Positions 30,301 through 41,007 of a stretch of DNA of 64,000 nucleotides are shown here, piece by piece. The stretch lies in the NCBI GenBank assembly GCA_963702425.1, contig CAVPCQ010000035.1, forward strand, positions 11,781-75,780, in the 5' to 3' direction. The notes under the pieces are model-generated. The model was given only the letters and a program-made list of their open reading frames with translations. It was not told the DNA's origin and did not search any database. The stretch is from an uncultured Acidobacteriota bacterium (GTDB lineage Bacteria > Acidobacteriota > Polarisedimenticolia > J045). The translations under genes and the position numbers were made by a program. Each line of letters begins with the position of its first letter. Positions within the stretch are counted from its first letter, which is position 1.

Positions 30301-30708
30301 GAGAATCCCGGACCAGTCCCCGAGCAGCGCCGCGTTCTCCTGCAGGAACGCGCGGGCGAGCGCCTCGATCTCATCGAGCGTCGCCGCGGCGGCCGCCTCA
30401 TCGGACAGCCACGTGATTCCGCGCCCCGACACGAGCGTCGGCAGGCCGGTGCGCTCGTCGAGGTACACGGACCAGGCACCGGATCCGCCATGGCGAGCCC
30501 GGAAGGTCTCCCAGCCCCTGCGCAGCGGGTCGGTCGCAGCGAGGCTTTCCACGGGACGCGGGTCGACGGAGATCGCGCCGCCCTCGCGCCCCCTGAATCG
30601 TCCGTCGAACCGTGACGGCGGATGCTCGGTAGACACTGCGTGCACCGCCGCTATCGTCGACAACAGGACCGCCGCCGCGGCAGGCGCCACCCGAAACTGC
30701 AAGCGCAT
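27334..30708 (-). CDS. Large secreted zinc metalloprotease-like protein (M4/M36-type) with propeptide, FN3-like, Ig-like and proprotein-convertase P domains
   Basis: Signal peptide. FTP/PepSY-like FRQNVNGVRV and VDAHDGTV. VLVHEWGH...SEAYSD. P-domain VSVDITH...LVVELISPRGT...FVGEPLAGVWTLSVQD. Confidence 0.8.
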   Translation of the reverse strand: MRLQFRVAPAAAAVLLSTIAAVHAVSTEHPPSRFDGRFRGREGGAISVDPRPVESLAATDPLRRGWETFRARHGGSGAWSVYLDERTGLPTLVSGRGITWLSDEAAAAATLDEIEALARAFLQENAALLGDWSGILELDRAASLLVREGQWQLVFRQNVNGVRVENARLDLHVVRGRMVLFGAHFWGRLGKSGIPAVGAEVAGDFLREYIGADAAGLQLAAAPELTLIAVAADGEAGEGEPRPWSGARGAGLSHLLVWRFLLDEADAPVRWVGEVDAHDGTVRAFYEGTRYGTVRGGAFPVSPDGDCVAGGCELPWMPVPFVDYTETGQAERFADTFGNLVCTDPGAAVVTNLAGSYVRIVDACGAMAESGTCSEGVELGLKYGENCAVAPGASAGNTAAARSSYYHINRIAEIARFYNASNSWLRNPLTVNVNLTTGDCNANWNMTSINMNGDGKKCRNSGENAGVLVHEWGHGYDDNDGGGADRPSEAYSDIVAILTTHDSCVGRGLYKDGTMCGPQGGYGDTCLNCTGIRDMDWNARASKTPATPTNFASVRCETDYSAWGGPCRREPHCESYVVSEAMFDLATRDLPASGMDQDSAWQVVERLWYQTRPGSGGEAYTCVPSSNSCGSTSWYQRMRVADDDNGNLANGTPHAAALFAAFNRHNLACGAAADATNKSTSSCPPLAAPVVARTMTPAGVELNWAAVANAVEYRIFRGELGCNRQQVPLAKLGSGQTTYTDNSRDSLASRSYRVQAFGTNRACAGPLSNCIVAPPGSRLDEVAHRVIDGDGDGVPEPGETLDLAVTLLNNGGDPSANASGTLRLVGPADVRILQPQATWPAIAPGTTGETNAPHFGIVVLEQARCGEVLTLALTGDAENSAPFSDEIRIPMGNPYIDYTETFREPIPYETPTPVEVFWTSGDDDTVAELDVSVDITHQDPTQLVVELISPRGTRVRLHDRGPVPGGRNIQTRYDRDTVPSGPGSMTDFVGEPLAGVWTLSVQDVDPSGSIVSGSINARTLHATIAGGLGCTPQACAEPAPTAAPNLSVTVVPAGPDLDLVLSWTPVAGAGYHVLQSVDKTFRAVDLIGTTTTATTFSIENGAHTTPAVTFFEVRAINSCHQEGP

Positions 30709-31138
30709 ACGCCTTTCTCCCTCGGCGGGGCGGGCCAGACCCCGCGCTGCGCTACTTTGACATGCCGGCGAGGGTATGTCTCCCAGGCTGCGCTTCCCGC
30801 CGGGTCGGAAAATGCAGCAGTTCCTGGCCCGGGAGGACGGAGCCATGGATCTTGTCGGCGTGCTTGTCGAGAAAGGCGTCCATAGTCCAAGCGCACCACC
30901 GAACAGGGTCCGAGGGCAAGGGCCCTTACCGGATCGCGATGGTCAGCGACTTGGTTGCGGCCGGAGCGCCGCGGCAGGTGGTATTGGCCGGGTTTCGCTA
31001 CGGGCTCAGGGTAGCACCGGCGAGTAGGGACGGCCCTCCGGCGCTGACCTGCACCTGGTGTGTTGGTGGTGGAAGCCCTTACCAACCGTCGACGACGCGC
31101 TCGTGAACGCCAGAGTGCTCAAAGACGACACCGTCCCC

Positions 31139-31735
31139 TCAGCGCGGGAGCCGCGCACCGTTGAGCGGCGGCAGCTCGGAGCTTACCCCGTTCTGAATCA
31201 GAACGCGCTGCTCCGGCCGGATGTGCAGGGTGCGGCCGTCGATGCCGTCGAACACGAAGGTATCGAGAATCCTCTCCGGACCATCCAGCGCGACGTCCTG
31301 TTCGCATTCCAACTGCAGGCCGGACCGCAGTACCTTGTCGTTCTCGAAGAAGAAGCGTCGCGCCGCATCCATGTCGTCCCCATCGAGGGAAACGCTGCGA
31401 GAACGCTCGGGAAGGACGCGGTCCAGTTCAGTCCGAGGCACCGCCACGATCGTCGCCCGGAAAGAGACTTTGTATCCCTCGCAGGGGAAGGGGTCGGAGC
31501 CGATCCTCGTGACGACAAACTGAATCGGGGTGTCGTTGACGAAGTAGAGATCGTATCCGCTGACTTTCCCGACGCGCCTCACCTTGAGAGCGTGCGAAAC
31601 AAGCTTCCGATCAGGACGCATTGTGTCAGCCCGCCAGGCCGACGGGCTGGCGAGGAGAACGAGCGAGGTCATGGCCAGCACGCCGAGAAGTCGGAGAATG
31701 AGTCGGGAGTGAGCTGTTTGAAAGGAATGTGCCAT
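31139..31735 (-). CDS. Hypothetical exported protein, lower GC
   Basis: 198 aa ORF with a signal-like N-terminus (LILRLLGVLAMTSLVLLASPSA) and globular composition. No family recognised. Confidence 0.55.
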   Translation of the reverse strand: MAHSFQTAHSRLILRLLGVLAMTSLVLLASPSAWRADTMRPDRKLVSHALKVRRVGKVSGYDLYFVNDTPIQFVVTRIGSDPFPCEGYKVSFRATIVAVPRTELDRVLPERSRSVSLDGDDMDAARRFFFENDKVLRSGLQLECEQDVALDGPERILDTFVFDGIDGRTLHIRPEQRVLIQNGVSSELPPLNGARLPR

Positions 31736-32010
31736 CGGGCGGCCCTCCTCCCCGCGACAGCGGCCCCGAACGGGGAGACTCGCTGCGTCGCTGCATTGGA
31801 CCAGGCCAATCCACGTTCAACTGGACACGAATTCACGCTACACCCCCCGCTCGAGGGACCACAACCGCAGCGTCCGCCGGACCGATGGCCCCTGGTCCTG
31901 AATGGCCTCTCTCCGCGCTTCCAAGTCCTGCCCCAGCAGAGACTTGTCATGCACCGCGCATCGGTCGAGGCTGGGACCTTCCAGAAGGCTTCCCCGGCGT
32001 CGGGCGACCG

Positions 32011-33308
32011 CGGTTTCGAGTTCCGGCTTCCTCACCGCTGGCCTCGGCGGGCCCGCGCCGCGATCGTCCACGCCCTCTCCCTCGCCCGGGTCGCACTGAC
32101 CGCGGCTGGGGCTCGCACTGGGGATTCAACCCGACTGCAGCGCGAGGTTGCCCTGCTCCGCGATGAGCTCAGCATCAAGGACACCCGCTTGGAGCGGGCG
32201 CCACCGCATCGCCGCTCGCACTACCCCGCGGTGGAGCACCTCGCGATTCTCGAGCTTCGCGCGGCACGCGGCCGGTCGGCGGCTCAGTCGGCCGAACCGC
32301 TCCTCGGCAGCGAGGCCACGGTCGTCTCCTGGATGGCGCGCCTCGACGAAGAGGGGCCTCCCGCGCTAGCCTCAATGTGACATTCCGCTTCGGCCAGAAC
32401 CGCTGCGCTCGCGTGATAGCGCGCCATCTGCGGTGTCTGCGGGGGTTTGCAAGGCTTCACCTACCGTGACGGTAAGCCTCGCCTTCCAAACCCCCGCAAA
32501 CACCACATCTGACGCACTCTGACGCGTTCTGGCTCGAACCGGGATGTCACATTGAGGCTAGTCCGGACTCCCGAGCCAGTCAACAAGTTCCCGGACCTGG
32601 TCGCGTCCCAACCACGTCTGACTGGTCGACCTGACCACCGTGCCGACGTGCGCCGGTTTCTGGGTCTCGTGGCTGCCCTGGTCCGTCCCGCAGCGCCGGC
32701 CCTTCTGCTGCTGGGTTGCCGTCGGCGTGGACCACTCATCGCGGCGCATCATGGGGGTGCCGGCATTCCGGGGCCGGCCTTCCGCGATGACGATGCAGGC
32801 CTTCCTCGCCGGCATGATCCGAGCTGCCGGCGAGCGGCCCGCGAACCTGATCACGGACCGCGGCAAGCAGTTCACGGCGCGATCGTTTCGGCGCCGGCGC
32901 CGCCGCACCGGGATCCGCCAGCGCTTCGGCGCGATCGGGAAGCACGGCAGCATCGCGCTCGTCGAGCGCTGCATCCGCACGCTCAAGGACGAAGGTGTGC
33001 GGCGCTGGCTTGCGCCCGTCCGATGGCGCACCGTCGGTAGGGAGCTGTCGTTCTTCGCTGACTGGTAGATCGGTCAGCGCCCGCATGATGGACTCGGAGG
33101 CGCGCCCCCCGACGAGGTCTACCTCGGACGGCACCTCGCCCACCGTCGCCCGCGCTTCGAGCCCCGCGCGCGATGGCCACGTGATCCCGCCTGTGCGCGA
33201 CCGCAGGCACCGGCCCCCGGGCGGCCGGGAGTGTGGCTCGCGCTCGACCTCCGGTACCTGGAAGGACGAGCGCACCTTCCCATCGGCACGTTGAAACGCG
33301 CAGCGTCA
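32011..33308 (+). pseudogene. Degenerate DDE (rve integrase-core, IS481/IS3-like) transposase, interrupted by a MITE
   Basis: LAILELRAARG...SWMARLDEEG, PVNKFPD, PNHV*LVDLT, VDHSSRR, ITDRGKQF, VERCIRTLKDE, W*...RPHDGLGG.PDEVY. Contains in-frame stops, a frameshift and an apparent internal deletion. Confidence 0.85.
32370..32557. mobile_element. 188 bp fold-back MITE with CTAG target-site duplication
   Basis: ctag|CCTCAATGTGACAT...ATGTCACATTGAGG|ctag. Removing the element and one CTAG restores the transposase frame (P-A-L-V-R-T-P-E). Confidence 0.92.
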
Positions 33309-33540
33309 GGAGGCCTGCGCCGCCCCGCGTCGCGACCGTGACCCGCGTGTGCCTTCCGGCACCCTGGTATGACACTCGACGAGCAGTTACCGCGGCTCGA
33401 CCGTCGTGCGGCGAAGCGCCTGGCCGCCAGCAGTACTCCGCGGCCGTGAATTCGACCCCGAAATCGCCCACTCGCCGCGATCCAAGATCCCTGGCGCCGG
33501 ACACCACCGACGGACCCGGGCGGGAAGCGCTGAAGAGGAA

Positions 33541-35139
33541 CTACGGACAGGCTCGGGCGACGATGACCGAGCCGCCGCTGTCGAACCCCGCGGGCCCGGC
33601 GTCGCAGGCGTTCTCCGCCCGCGCCAGGTACGAGAACAGCCCGCCGGCAGACGGCGCCGGGACCATGTAGGCGTTGTTGAACGGACCGTTGCGATCGATC
33701 GACGTCGCCTCGCAGACGGCGGAACCGGCGAAGTCCGGGGGATCGGCGCTCCGCACGACGTCGTAGACCAGATCGGTGACGAGCGCACCCGGCGCGTCCG
33801 GCTGGAACCAGTCGAGGAGGTTCGTCGTCGACCAGCAGGTGAGCGCCCCACTCTGTGGGTTGTAGCTGACGGTGAGGCAGGTCGGGTCGCCGTAGAAGAT
33901 CGCGCGGCCGGTCTCGCCGGGCGCGGCCCACAGGCGCGCGTTCGACGGCGCGCAGTCGCACGCGTCGCCCGCGCCGTCTCCGTCGGCGTCGCGCTGCGCC
34001 GGATCGGGCGTCGAAGGACAGCGGTCCGCCGCGTCGCAGACGCCGTCGCCGTCCGCGTCGGCCACTCCAGCGGTCATCCGCTCGCGCACGATCGTCTCGA
34101 TCTGGAACGCGACGTGACGCCCGCCGCCTGACGCCGCACCATCCGGGTCGTTCTGCATCACGATCCCCGCGATGCCCGTGTCGACGTCGTACCACGGGTG
34201 GAAGCCGAACTTGCCGGGATCGCTCAGCACGTGAGCGTGCTGGGAGCTGTCCGGGCGGAAGCGCCAGATCCCGAGCCCGTAACGGACGTCGGGCTGGGCC
34301 GCGGAGTAGTAGACGGGAGCCCCGAACGTCTGGTCGCGCGTCATCGCGTCGACAGCGTCCGGCGAGAGCACGCGCACGCCGTCGACCTCGCCGCGGTTCA
34401 CGATCATCCGCCAGAACGTGACGTAGTCCGACAGGCGGCTGAGGAGTCCGCCGGCGATCCGCGGGTTGGTGGCGCTGCTGTAGAACATGCCGAGGCCCAG
34501 CGGGTTCTTCAGCCGTTCGGTGAAGATGCGCCGCCAGACCTCCCCGGAACCGAGACCGGCGCACTTCGCCGGGAAGCGGTTGCAGAACGCGATCTCCGCG
34601 ATCCGGCCCGCGACGTGCATCGAGTTGCCGCCGTAGTAGAACGTCGCACCCGGCGGAGAGACCCGCGGCGCGTGGTCGAGGATGTCCAGCGCGCACGCGG
34701 AGAGCGTCGTCGACCCGTCCGCGATGCAGGGCCATTCGTCGTTGTAGAGGCCCGTCGTCTGGCTGAACGCCTGCCGCAAGGTGATCGCCCCGTTCGGCGT
34801 GCCCGCGTACTGCGGCAGGTACGCCGCTACGGCGTCGTCGAGGGAAAGCGTCCCGTCGTCTACGAGGCTCATGATCACCGCCGCCCCGACCGCCTTCGAC
34901 GCCGAGGCCAGCGGCACGAACGTCGCCTCGGTGTAGGTCCCGAAGAAGCGGCGGTGGAGGTTCGTCCCGGCCCCGTCGAAAACCACGACCGCGGCACCGG
35001 GGAGCGTGCGGTCCTGGCGGTGCAGCTCCAGGACGGCATCGACCTGGGTGAAGTCGGGAGCGCACGCCGCCGAAGCGGGCAGAACGGCGGCGGAGATCAG
35101 CGCAAGGACCGTGGCGATCGTGCGGGCGGCAGGTGGCAT
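33541..35139 (-). CDS. Secreted serine hydrolase (beta-lactamase/class C-like) with thrombospondin type-3 Ca-binding repeats and a C-terminal FN3-like module
   Basis: Signal peptide, SxxK (ASASKAV), ITLRQ, PPGATFYYG, YGLGIW, DADGDGVCDAADRCP and DADGDGAGDACDCAP. Confidence 0.85.
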   Translation of the reverse strand: MPPAARTIATVLALISAAVLPASAACAPDFTQVDAVLELHRQDRTLPGAAVVVFDGAGTNLHRRFFGTYTEATFVPLASASKAVGAAVIMSLVDDGTLSLDDAVAAYLPQYAGTPNGAITLRQAFSQTTGLYNDEWPCIADGSTTLSACALDILDHAPRVSPPGATFYYGGNSMHVAGRIAEIAFCNRFPAKCAGLGSGEVWRRIFTERLKNPLGLGMFYSSATNPRIAGGLLSRLSDYVTFWRMIVNRGEVDGVRVLSPDAVDAMTRDQTFGAPVYYSAAQPDVRYGLGIWRFRPDSSQHAHVLSDPGKFGFHPWYDVDTGIAGIVMQNDPDGAASGGGRHVAFQIETIVRERMTAGVADADGDGVCDAADRCPSTPDPAQRDADGDGAGDACDCAPSNARLWAAPGETGRAIFYGDPTCLTVSYNPQSGALTCWSTTNLLDWFQPDAPGALVTDLVYDVVRSADPPDFAGSAVCEATSIDRNGPFNNAYMVPAPSAGGLFSYLARAENACDAGPAGFDSGGSVIVARACP

Positions 35140-35310
35140 GAGACCTCTCCCGGACAGTGTCGGTCGTCGTCCGGCACGTTCGCCAGCGCGCCGACTCCCT
35201 CGGCTTGAAGGACGGGGATCCGGGGTGCCGCGTTGACAGCCGTCGGCGCTCACCCGGATCGGGGTGGCGTCCCGGCCAATCCCCCGCCTCTCCTCGGACC
35301 GCATGGCCGG

Positions 35311-36789
<1,479 letters not shown>

Positions 36790-36795
36790 TCGGGG

Positions 36796-39700
36796 CTACG
36801 CCGGAACCGTCCGTTCGTCCGCCGCCGCGATGCGGCGCAGATAGGCCCGCAGCTCGCGCGACTGGACCGGTTTGGCGAGGTGGCCGTCCATTCCGGCGGC
36901 GAGGCACTCTTCCCGGTCCTGCGGCAGGGCGCGCGCGGTCATCGCGACGATCGGAACGTGCCCGCCGCGGGTCTTCTCCAGCGCGCGGATCGCGCGGGTC
37001 GCCGCCAGCCCGTCCATCTCCGGCATCTGGACGTCCATCAGCACCGCGTCGAACCGGCCACACTGGAAGGCCTCGACCGCCTCCTGCCCGTTGGCCACGA
37101 CGGTGGCACGATGCCCGGCTTTCTCCAGAACCCGCGTCACCAGGCGCTGGTTCACCGGGTGGTCCTCGGCGACCAGTACCGCGAGCGACCGCGCCGCGAT
37201 GCCGGTCAGCGCCGTCTCGTCCGGCCCAGGCTCGCTCACCGGCGACGAGACCCCCATCGCCTCGATCAGCGCACGCCACAGCTCCGCGCCCGCCACCGGT
37301 TTGGTGACGAGCGCGCTCCGTCCGGACTCGGTCTCCGGCATCCCGCCGCTGTGGGGCCCGAGGACGGCGAGGTGGACGGTGCACACGTCCGAGAACCGCG
37401 CGTCTTCGGCGATCTCCCTGGCGAAGGCGAACCCCGGTTCGTCGCCGAGCCGCTCGTCGACCAGGGCCAGCAGGTAGGGGTCCTGCTCGTCGAGGGCCCG
37501 CAGCAGCACGGCCCGTGCATCCGCCGAGCCGTTGGCGCCGGCCGCACGCAGCCCCCACTCGATGAGCTGCGCGACGAGGTGGGAGCGCGCCGTGGCGTTG
37601 TCGTCGACGACGAGCGCCCGCACCCCGGAGAGGGACGCCAGGTCTCGGCCGGCATCCGGCTCGCCGGCCGGGCTGGCGACGCCGAAGCGCACGGTCAGCT
37701 CGAACGTGCTCCCGCGCCCCGGCTCGCTCCGGACTTCGAGGTCGCCACCCATCAGCTCGGCCATGCGGCGCGAGATCGTCAGTCCGAGGCCGGTCCCGCC
37801 GTAGCTCCGTGTGTGCGATCCGTCGACCTGTCGGAACGGCTCGAAGATCAGGTCCAGCTTCTCGCGTGGGATTCCGATCCCGGTGTCGCGCACCGTGCAG
37901 GCGACCAGGACTTCCGTCGCGCTCCGCTCGCGCGCGACAACCTCGATCGCGACCTCGCCCCGCGGGGTGAACTTGACGGCGTTGCCGATCAGGTTGACCA
38001 GCACCTGGCGGAAGCGTCCCTCGTCTCCGATCAGCCGGTCCGGGACCTCGGGTGCGACGCGGAAGGCGAGCTCGAGGTCCTTCTCGAAGGCGTGGCAGGC
38101 CAGCCCTTTGATCGCCTCGCCGAGCCGCTCGCGCAGCGGGAATTCCTCGTGCTGCAGCTGCAGCTTGCCGGCATCCACCTTGGACAGGTCGAGAATGTCG
38201 TTGAGCAGCCGCAGCAGGGAGTGAGCCGAGAGCTTCACCAGGCCGAGGTACTCGCGCTGCTCGGGCGACAGCTCGGTGCCGAGCGCCAGCTCGGTCATCC
38301 CGATGATCCCGTTCATCGGGGTGCGGATCTCGTGGCTCATCGTGGCCAGGAACTCGCTCTTGGCGCGGTTCGCCGCCTCGGCCTGGTCGCGGGCCGACGC
38401 CAGCTCGACGTTCGCCGCCGCGAGCTGGTCGGCCTGCTGCCGCAACTCGGCGGTGCGCACCGCGACCCGTTCCTCCAGCGCGCGGTTCTGGCGGTTCAGC
38501 TTGAAGATGCGGGCCAGGTAGATCCCAGAGAAGGCCGCCACCGAGAGGGTGCCGGCCAGCAGGTAGAAGGCCCAGGTCTCGTGGAACAGCGGCGGGACCG
38601 TGATCGCCTGCGCCGCGCCGGCCTCGCTCCAGCGTCCCGCCGCGTTGCTGGCCACGACGCGGAAGGTGTAGGCGCCGGGCGGGAGATTGGTGTAGAAGGC
38701 GGTCCGGCGGTCGCCGGCGTCGACCCACTCCTCGTCGTAGCCCTCGAGAATGTAGCGGTAGCGGACCCTCTCGGGGGCCTTCAGCGAGATCCCGACGTAG
38801 CCGATCTCGAGGTCGCGCACGCCGGATGGCAGCGGCGCCACGACGGCGAACGGCTGCACCTCGTGCCCGGCCTCGATCCGTTCGATCAGGACCTGCGGCG
38901 GCACGCCGTCGCCGAAGTCGCGCGCCGGATCGGTGACGACGATCCCCTTGACCGTCGGGAACCAGATCCGGCCGTCGGCACTGCGCGTGGCGGCGGGCTG
39001 GTAGGCGCCGTTGCACTCCGCGCTGCGCATCCCATCGGCGGTGCCGAAGACCCGGCCCGCCGCGCTCGGCACCTGGCCGGAGACGAGGCCGTCGAACTCG
39101 CGCTTCGGCATCCGGCACACGCCCCGGTTGGAGGCGAGCCACAGCGCCCCGCGCCGGTCGTCGACGATCGAAAACACGATGTCGTCGAAGAGCCCCGTCC
39201 CGGCGTCGGCGTGCTCGAGCTTCCCGCCGCGCATCCGGGCCAGGCCGCCGCCGTCGGTGCCGATCCAGAGCGTCCCGTCCAGCTCCGCGTACAGCGCCAG
39301 GACGCGGACCGACGGCAGCCCCTCGCGCAGCGACCAGGACCGCTCCTTGCCTTCCTTCTGCTCGATCAGCCCCTGCCCGTCGGTCCCGATCCAGAGCGTG
39401 CCGTCCGGGGTCTCGGCCAGCGCGCGCACGGTGCGGCCCGGCGCCGCCGCTGCAGCGCACTCGAAGAAGCGGCCGCCGTCCTGGCACTGCAGGCCATCGC
39501 CGTCGTCGAAGCCGATCCACAGCCCGCCCGCCGCGCGCGGGACGATCGTCTTGACGTGCCGCGCGCGAAGACCGTCGGCCGGCGTGAAGATACGGACCTT
39601 CCCCGATCGATCGATGCGCGCCAGCCCCGCGGAGGAAAGCCCCGCCCAGATCGCCCCGTCGGCGTCCTCGGCGATCGCGCCGACGATCGCGCCGTCGGCT

Positions 39701-40869
39701 CCGCCCGCCCCGGGCAGCTCGACGCGCCGCGCGCGGCCGCGCTCGATCACCGCGAGGCCCCCGCCGTTGGTCCCGACCCAGAGGCGACCGCGACGGTCCC
39801 CGAAGACCGACCAGGCGTCGTCGACCGGCAGTCCCTGCTTGCGTGCCAGGGTCGTGAACGCCCCGTCGGAGAACCGGTGCAGGCCACCGCCGTCGGTGCC
39901 GACCCAGAGGTTCCCCTCGCGGTCGATGCCGAGCGAGATGACGTCGTCGTGCGCGAGCCCCTCGGGCGTGCCGAAGTGCTCGAACCGGCCGCCCTCGAAG
40001 CGCGCGAGACCGCCGCCCTGCGTGCCGACCCAGATCGTCCCCTCGGCGTCCTCCGCCAGGGCCTGGACCCGCGTGCGGCGCAGCCCCTCGCGCGCACCGA
40101 AGAGGGTCGTCCGGTCCCCGCGCAGCAGGCCCAGTCCGGCGTCGGTGCCGAACCACAGCGAGCCGTCGAGGGCCGCCATCACGACGTGGATCTCCTGGAC
40201 CGGTACCCCCTCGTCCGGACCGAAGCACCGGAAGCGCCCGTTCTCGAAGACTGCGAGCCCAGCCGCGGTCCCGACCCACAGCCCGCCACCGGGAGCCGAG
40301 GCGAGGGTGCGGATCCGCTCGTCGGGTAACCCGTCGGCGCTCCGGAAGGTCGTGATCCTGCCGCGCTCGAGATGGGCCAGGCCGGCGTCCGCGGTGCCGA
40401 TCCAGAGCGAGCCGTCGGGCGGCGCGGCCAGCGCGGCGATCCGCCCGCTCGGCAGGCCGTCCTCCTTCCCGATGCGCCTGAAGCCGCGCGCCGTGCGGCC
40501 GACCAGCCCGCCCTCGGTGCCGATCCAGAGCTCGCCGTCGGGGCCGATCGCGAGCGCCGTCACCTTGTGCGAGCTCAGCTCCGGCGTGTTGCGTCGATTG
40601 AAGACCTGGAACGTGACGCCGTCGAAGCGGACCAGCCCCTCCTGCGTCCCGAGCCAGAGATAGCCGTAGCGCCCCTGCGCGATCGCGGTGACCGAGTTCT
40701 GCGGCAGGCCCTGCTCGGCGCCCCAGCCGCGCTGGGTGTACTGGGTCACGCCGCGCCCCGGGTCGAGCGCCAGCGCCGCGGACCCGGCGGCCAGCAGGCA
40801 GGCCGCGGCCGTGAACGCGCCGCGAGCAGCGCACCTCCCGTGCGAGCGTCGGATCGCCGAAAGCGCCAT
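36796..40869 (-). CDS. Hybrid sensor histidine kinase: periplasmic two-component-regulator beta-propellers and Y_Y_Y, TM, HisKA, HATPase, two receiver domains
   Basis: Many DGxLWxGTxxGL repeats, [45 protein letters not shown] and [11 protein letters not shown]. Confidence 0.95.
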   Translation of the reverse strand: MALSAIRRSHGRCAARGAFTAAACLLAAGSAALALDPGRGVTQYTQRGWGAEQGLPQNSVTAIAQGRYGYLWLGTQEGLVRFDGVTFQVFNRRNTPELSSHKVTALAIGPDGELWIGTEGGLVGRTARGFRRIGKEDGLPSGRIAALAAPPDGSLWIGTADAGLAHLERGRITTFRSADGLPDERIRTLASAPGGGLWVGTAAGLAVFENGRFRCFGPDEGVPVQEIHVVMAALDGSLWFGTDAGLGLLRGDRTTLFGAREGLRRTRVQALAEDAEGTIWVGTQGGGLARFEGGRFEHFGTPEGLAHDDVISLGIDREGNLWVGTDGGGLHRFSDGAFTTLARKQGLPVDDAWSVFGDRRGRLWVGTNGGGLAVIERGRARRVELPGAGGADGAIVGAIAEDADGAIWAGLSSAGLARIDRSGKVRIFTPADGLRARHVKTIVPRAAGGLWIGFDDGDGLQCQDGGRFFECAAAAAPGRTVRALAETPDGTLWIGTDGQGLIEQKEGKERSWSLREGLPSVRVLALYAELDGTLWIGTDGGGLARMRGGKLEHADAGTGLFDDIVFSIVDDRRGALWLASNRGVCRMPKREFDGLVSGQVPSAAGRVFGTADGMRSAECNGAYQPAATRSADGRIWFPTVKGIVVTDPARDFGDGVPPQVLIERIEAGHEVQPFAVVAPLPSGVRDLEIGYVGISLKAPERVRYRYILEGYDEEWVDAGDRRTAFYTNLPPGAYTFRVVASNAAGRWSEAGAAQAITVPPLFHETWAFYLLAGTLSVAAFSGIYLARIFKLNRQNRALEERVAVRTAELRQQADQLAAANVELASARDQAEAANRAKSEFLATMSHEIRTPMNGIIGMTELALGTELSPEQREYLGLVKLSAHSLLRLLNDILDLSKVDAGKLQLQHEEFPLRERLGEAIKGLACHAFEKDLELAFRVAPEVPDRLIGDEGRFRQVLVNLIGNAVKFTPRGEVAIEVVARERSATEVLVACTVRDTGIGIPREKLDLIFEPFRQVDGSHTRSYGGTGLGLTISRRMAELMGGDLEVRSEPGRGSTFELTVRFGVASPAGEPDAGRDLASLSGVRALVVDDNATARSHLVAQLIEWGLRAAGANGSADARAVLLRALDEQDPYLLALVDERLGDEPGFAFAREIAEDARFSDVCTVHLAVLGPHSGGMPETESGRSALVTKPVAGAELWRALIEAMGVSSPVSEPGPDETALTGIAARSLAVLVAEDHPVNQRLVTRVLEKAGHRATVVANGQEAVEAFQCGRFDAVLMDVQMPEMDGLAATRAIRALEKTRGGHVPIVAMTARALPQDREECLAAGMDGHLAKPVQSRELRAYLRRIAAADERTVPA

Positions 40870-41007
40870 CTCGATGGGGTTCCTGGTCCCTCGGGGGGCG
40901 GCCCTGGGCCGCCGCTCCGAATATGGGTTCCCGGTCCCGGAAGCGCCCGGGCGGGGGCGGGCCCGCCGGCTTGCGGTTGCTGTCCCCGATGCGGTCGGCT
41001 TACCGGC

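Larger units (their letters stand above)
27227..35310. mobile_element. ~8 kb cargo island inserted at the aroC/fumC divergent junction
   Basis: Bounded by the duplicated junction. Contains a visibly lower-GC segment (~30.7-32.6 kb), a dead transposase, a MITE and secreted enzymes. Confidence 0.8.

Noticed and set aside
39100-40700. Recurrent gtgccgatccagag-like DNA repeats
   Set aside because: They are coding repeats of the LWIGT propeller blades in the sensor kinase.
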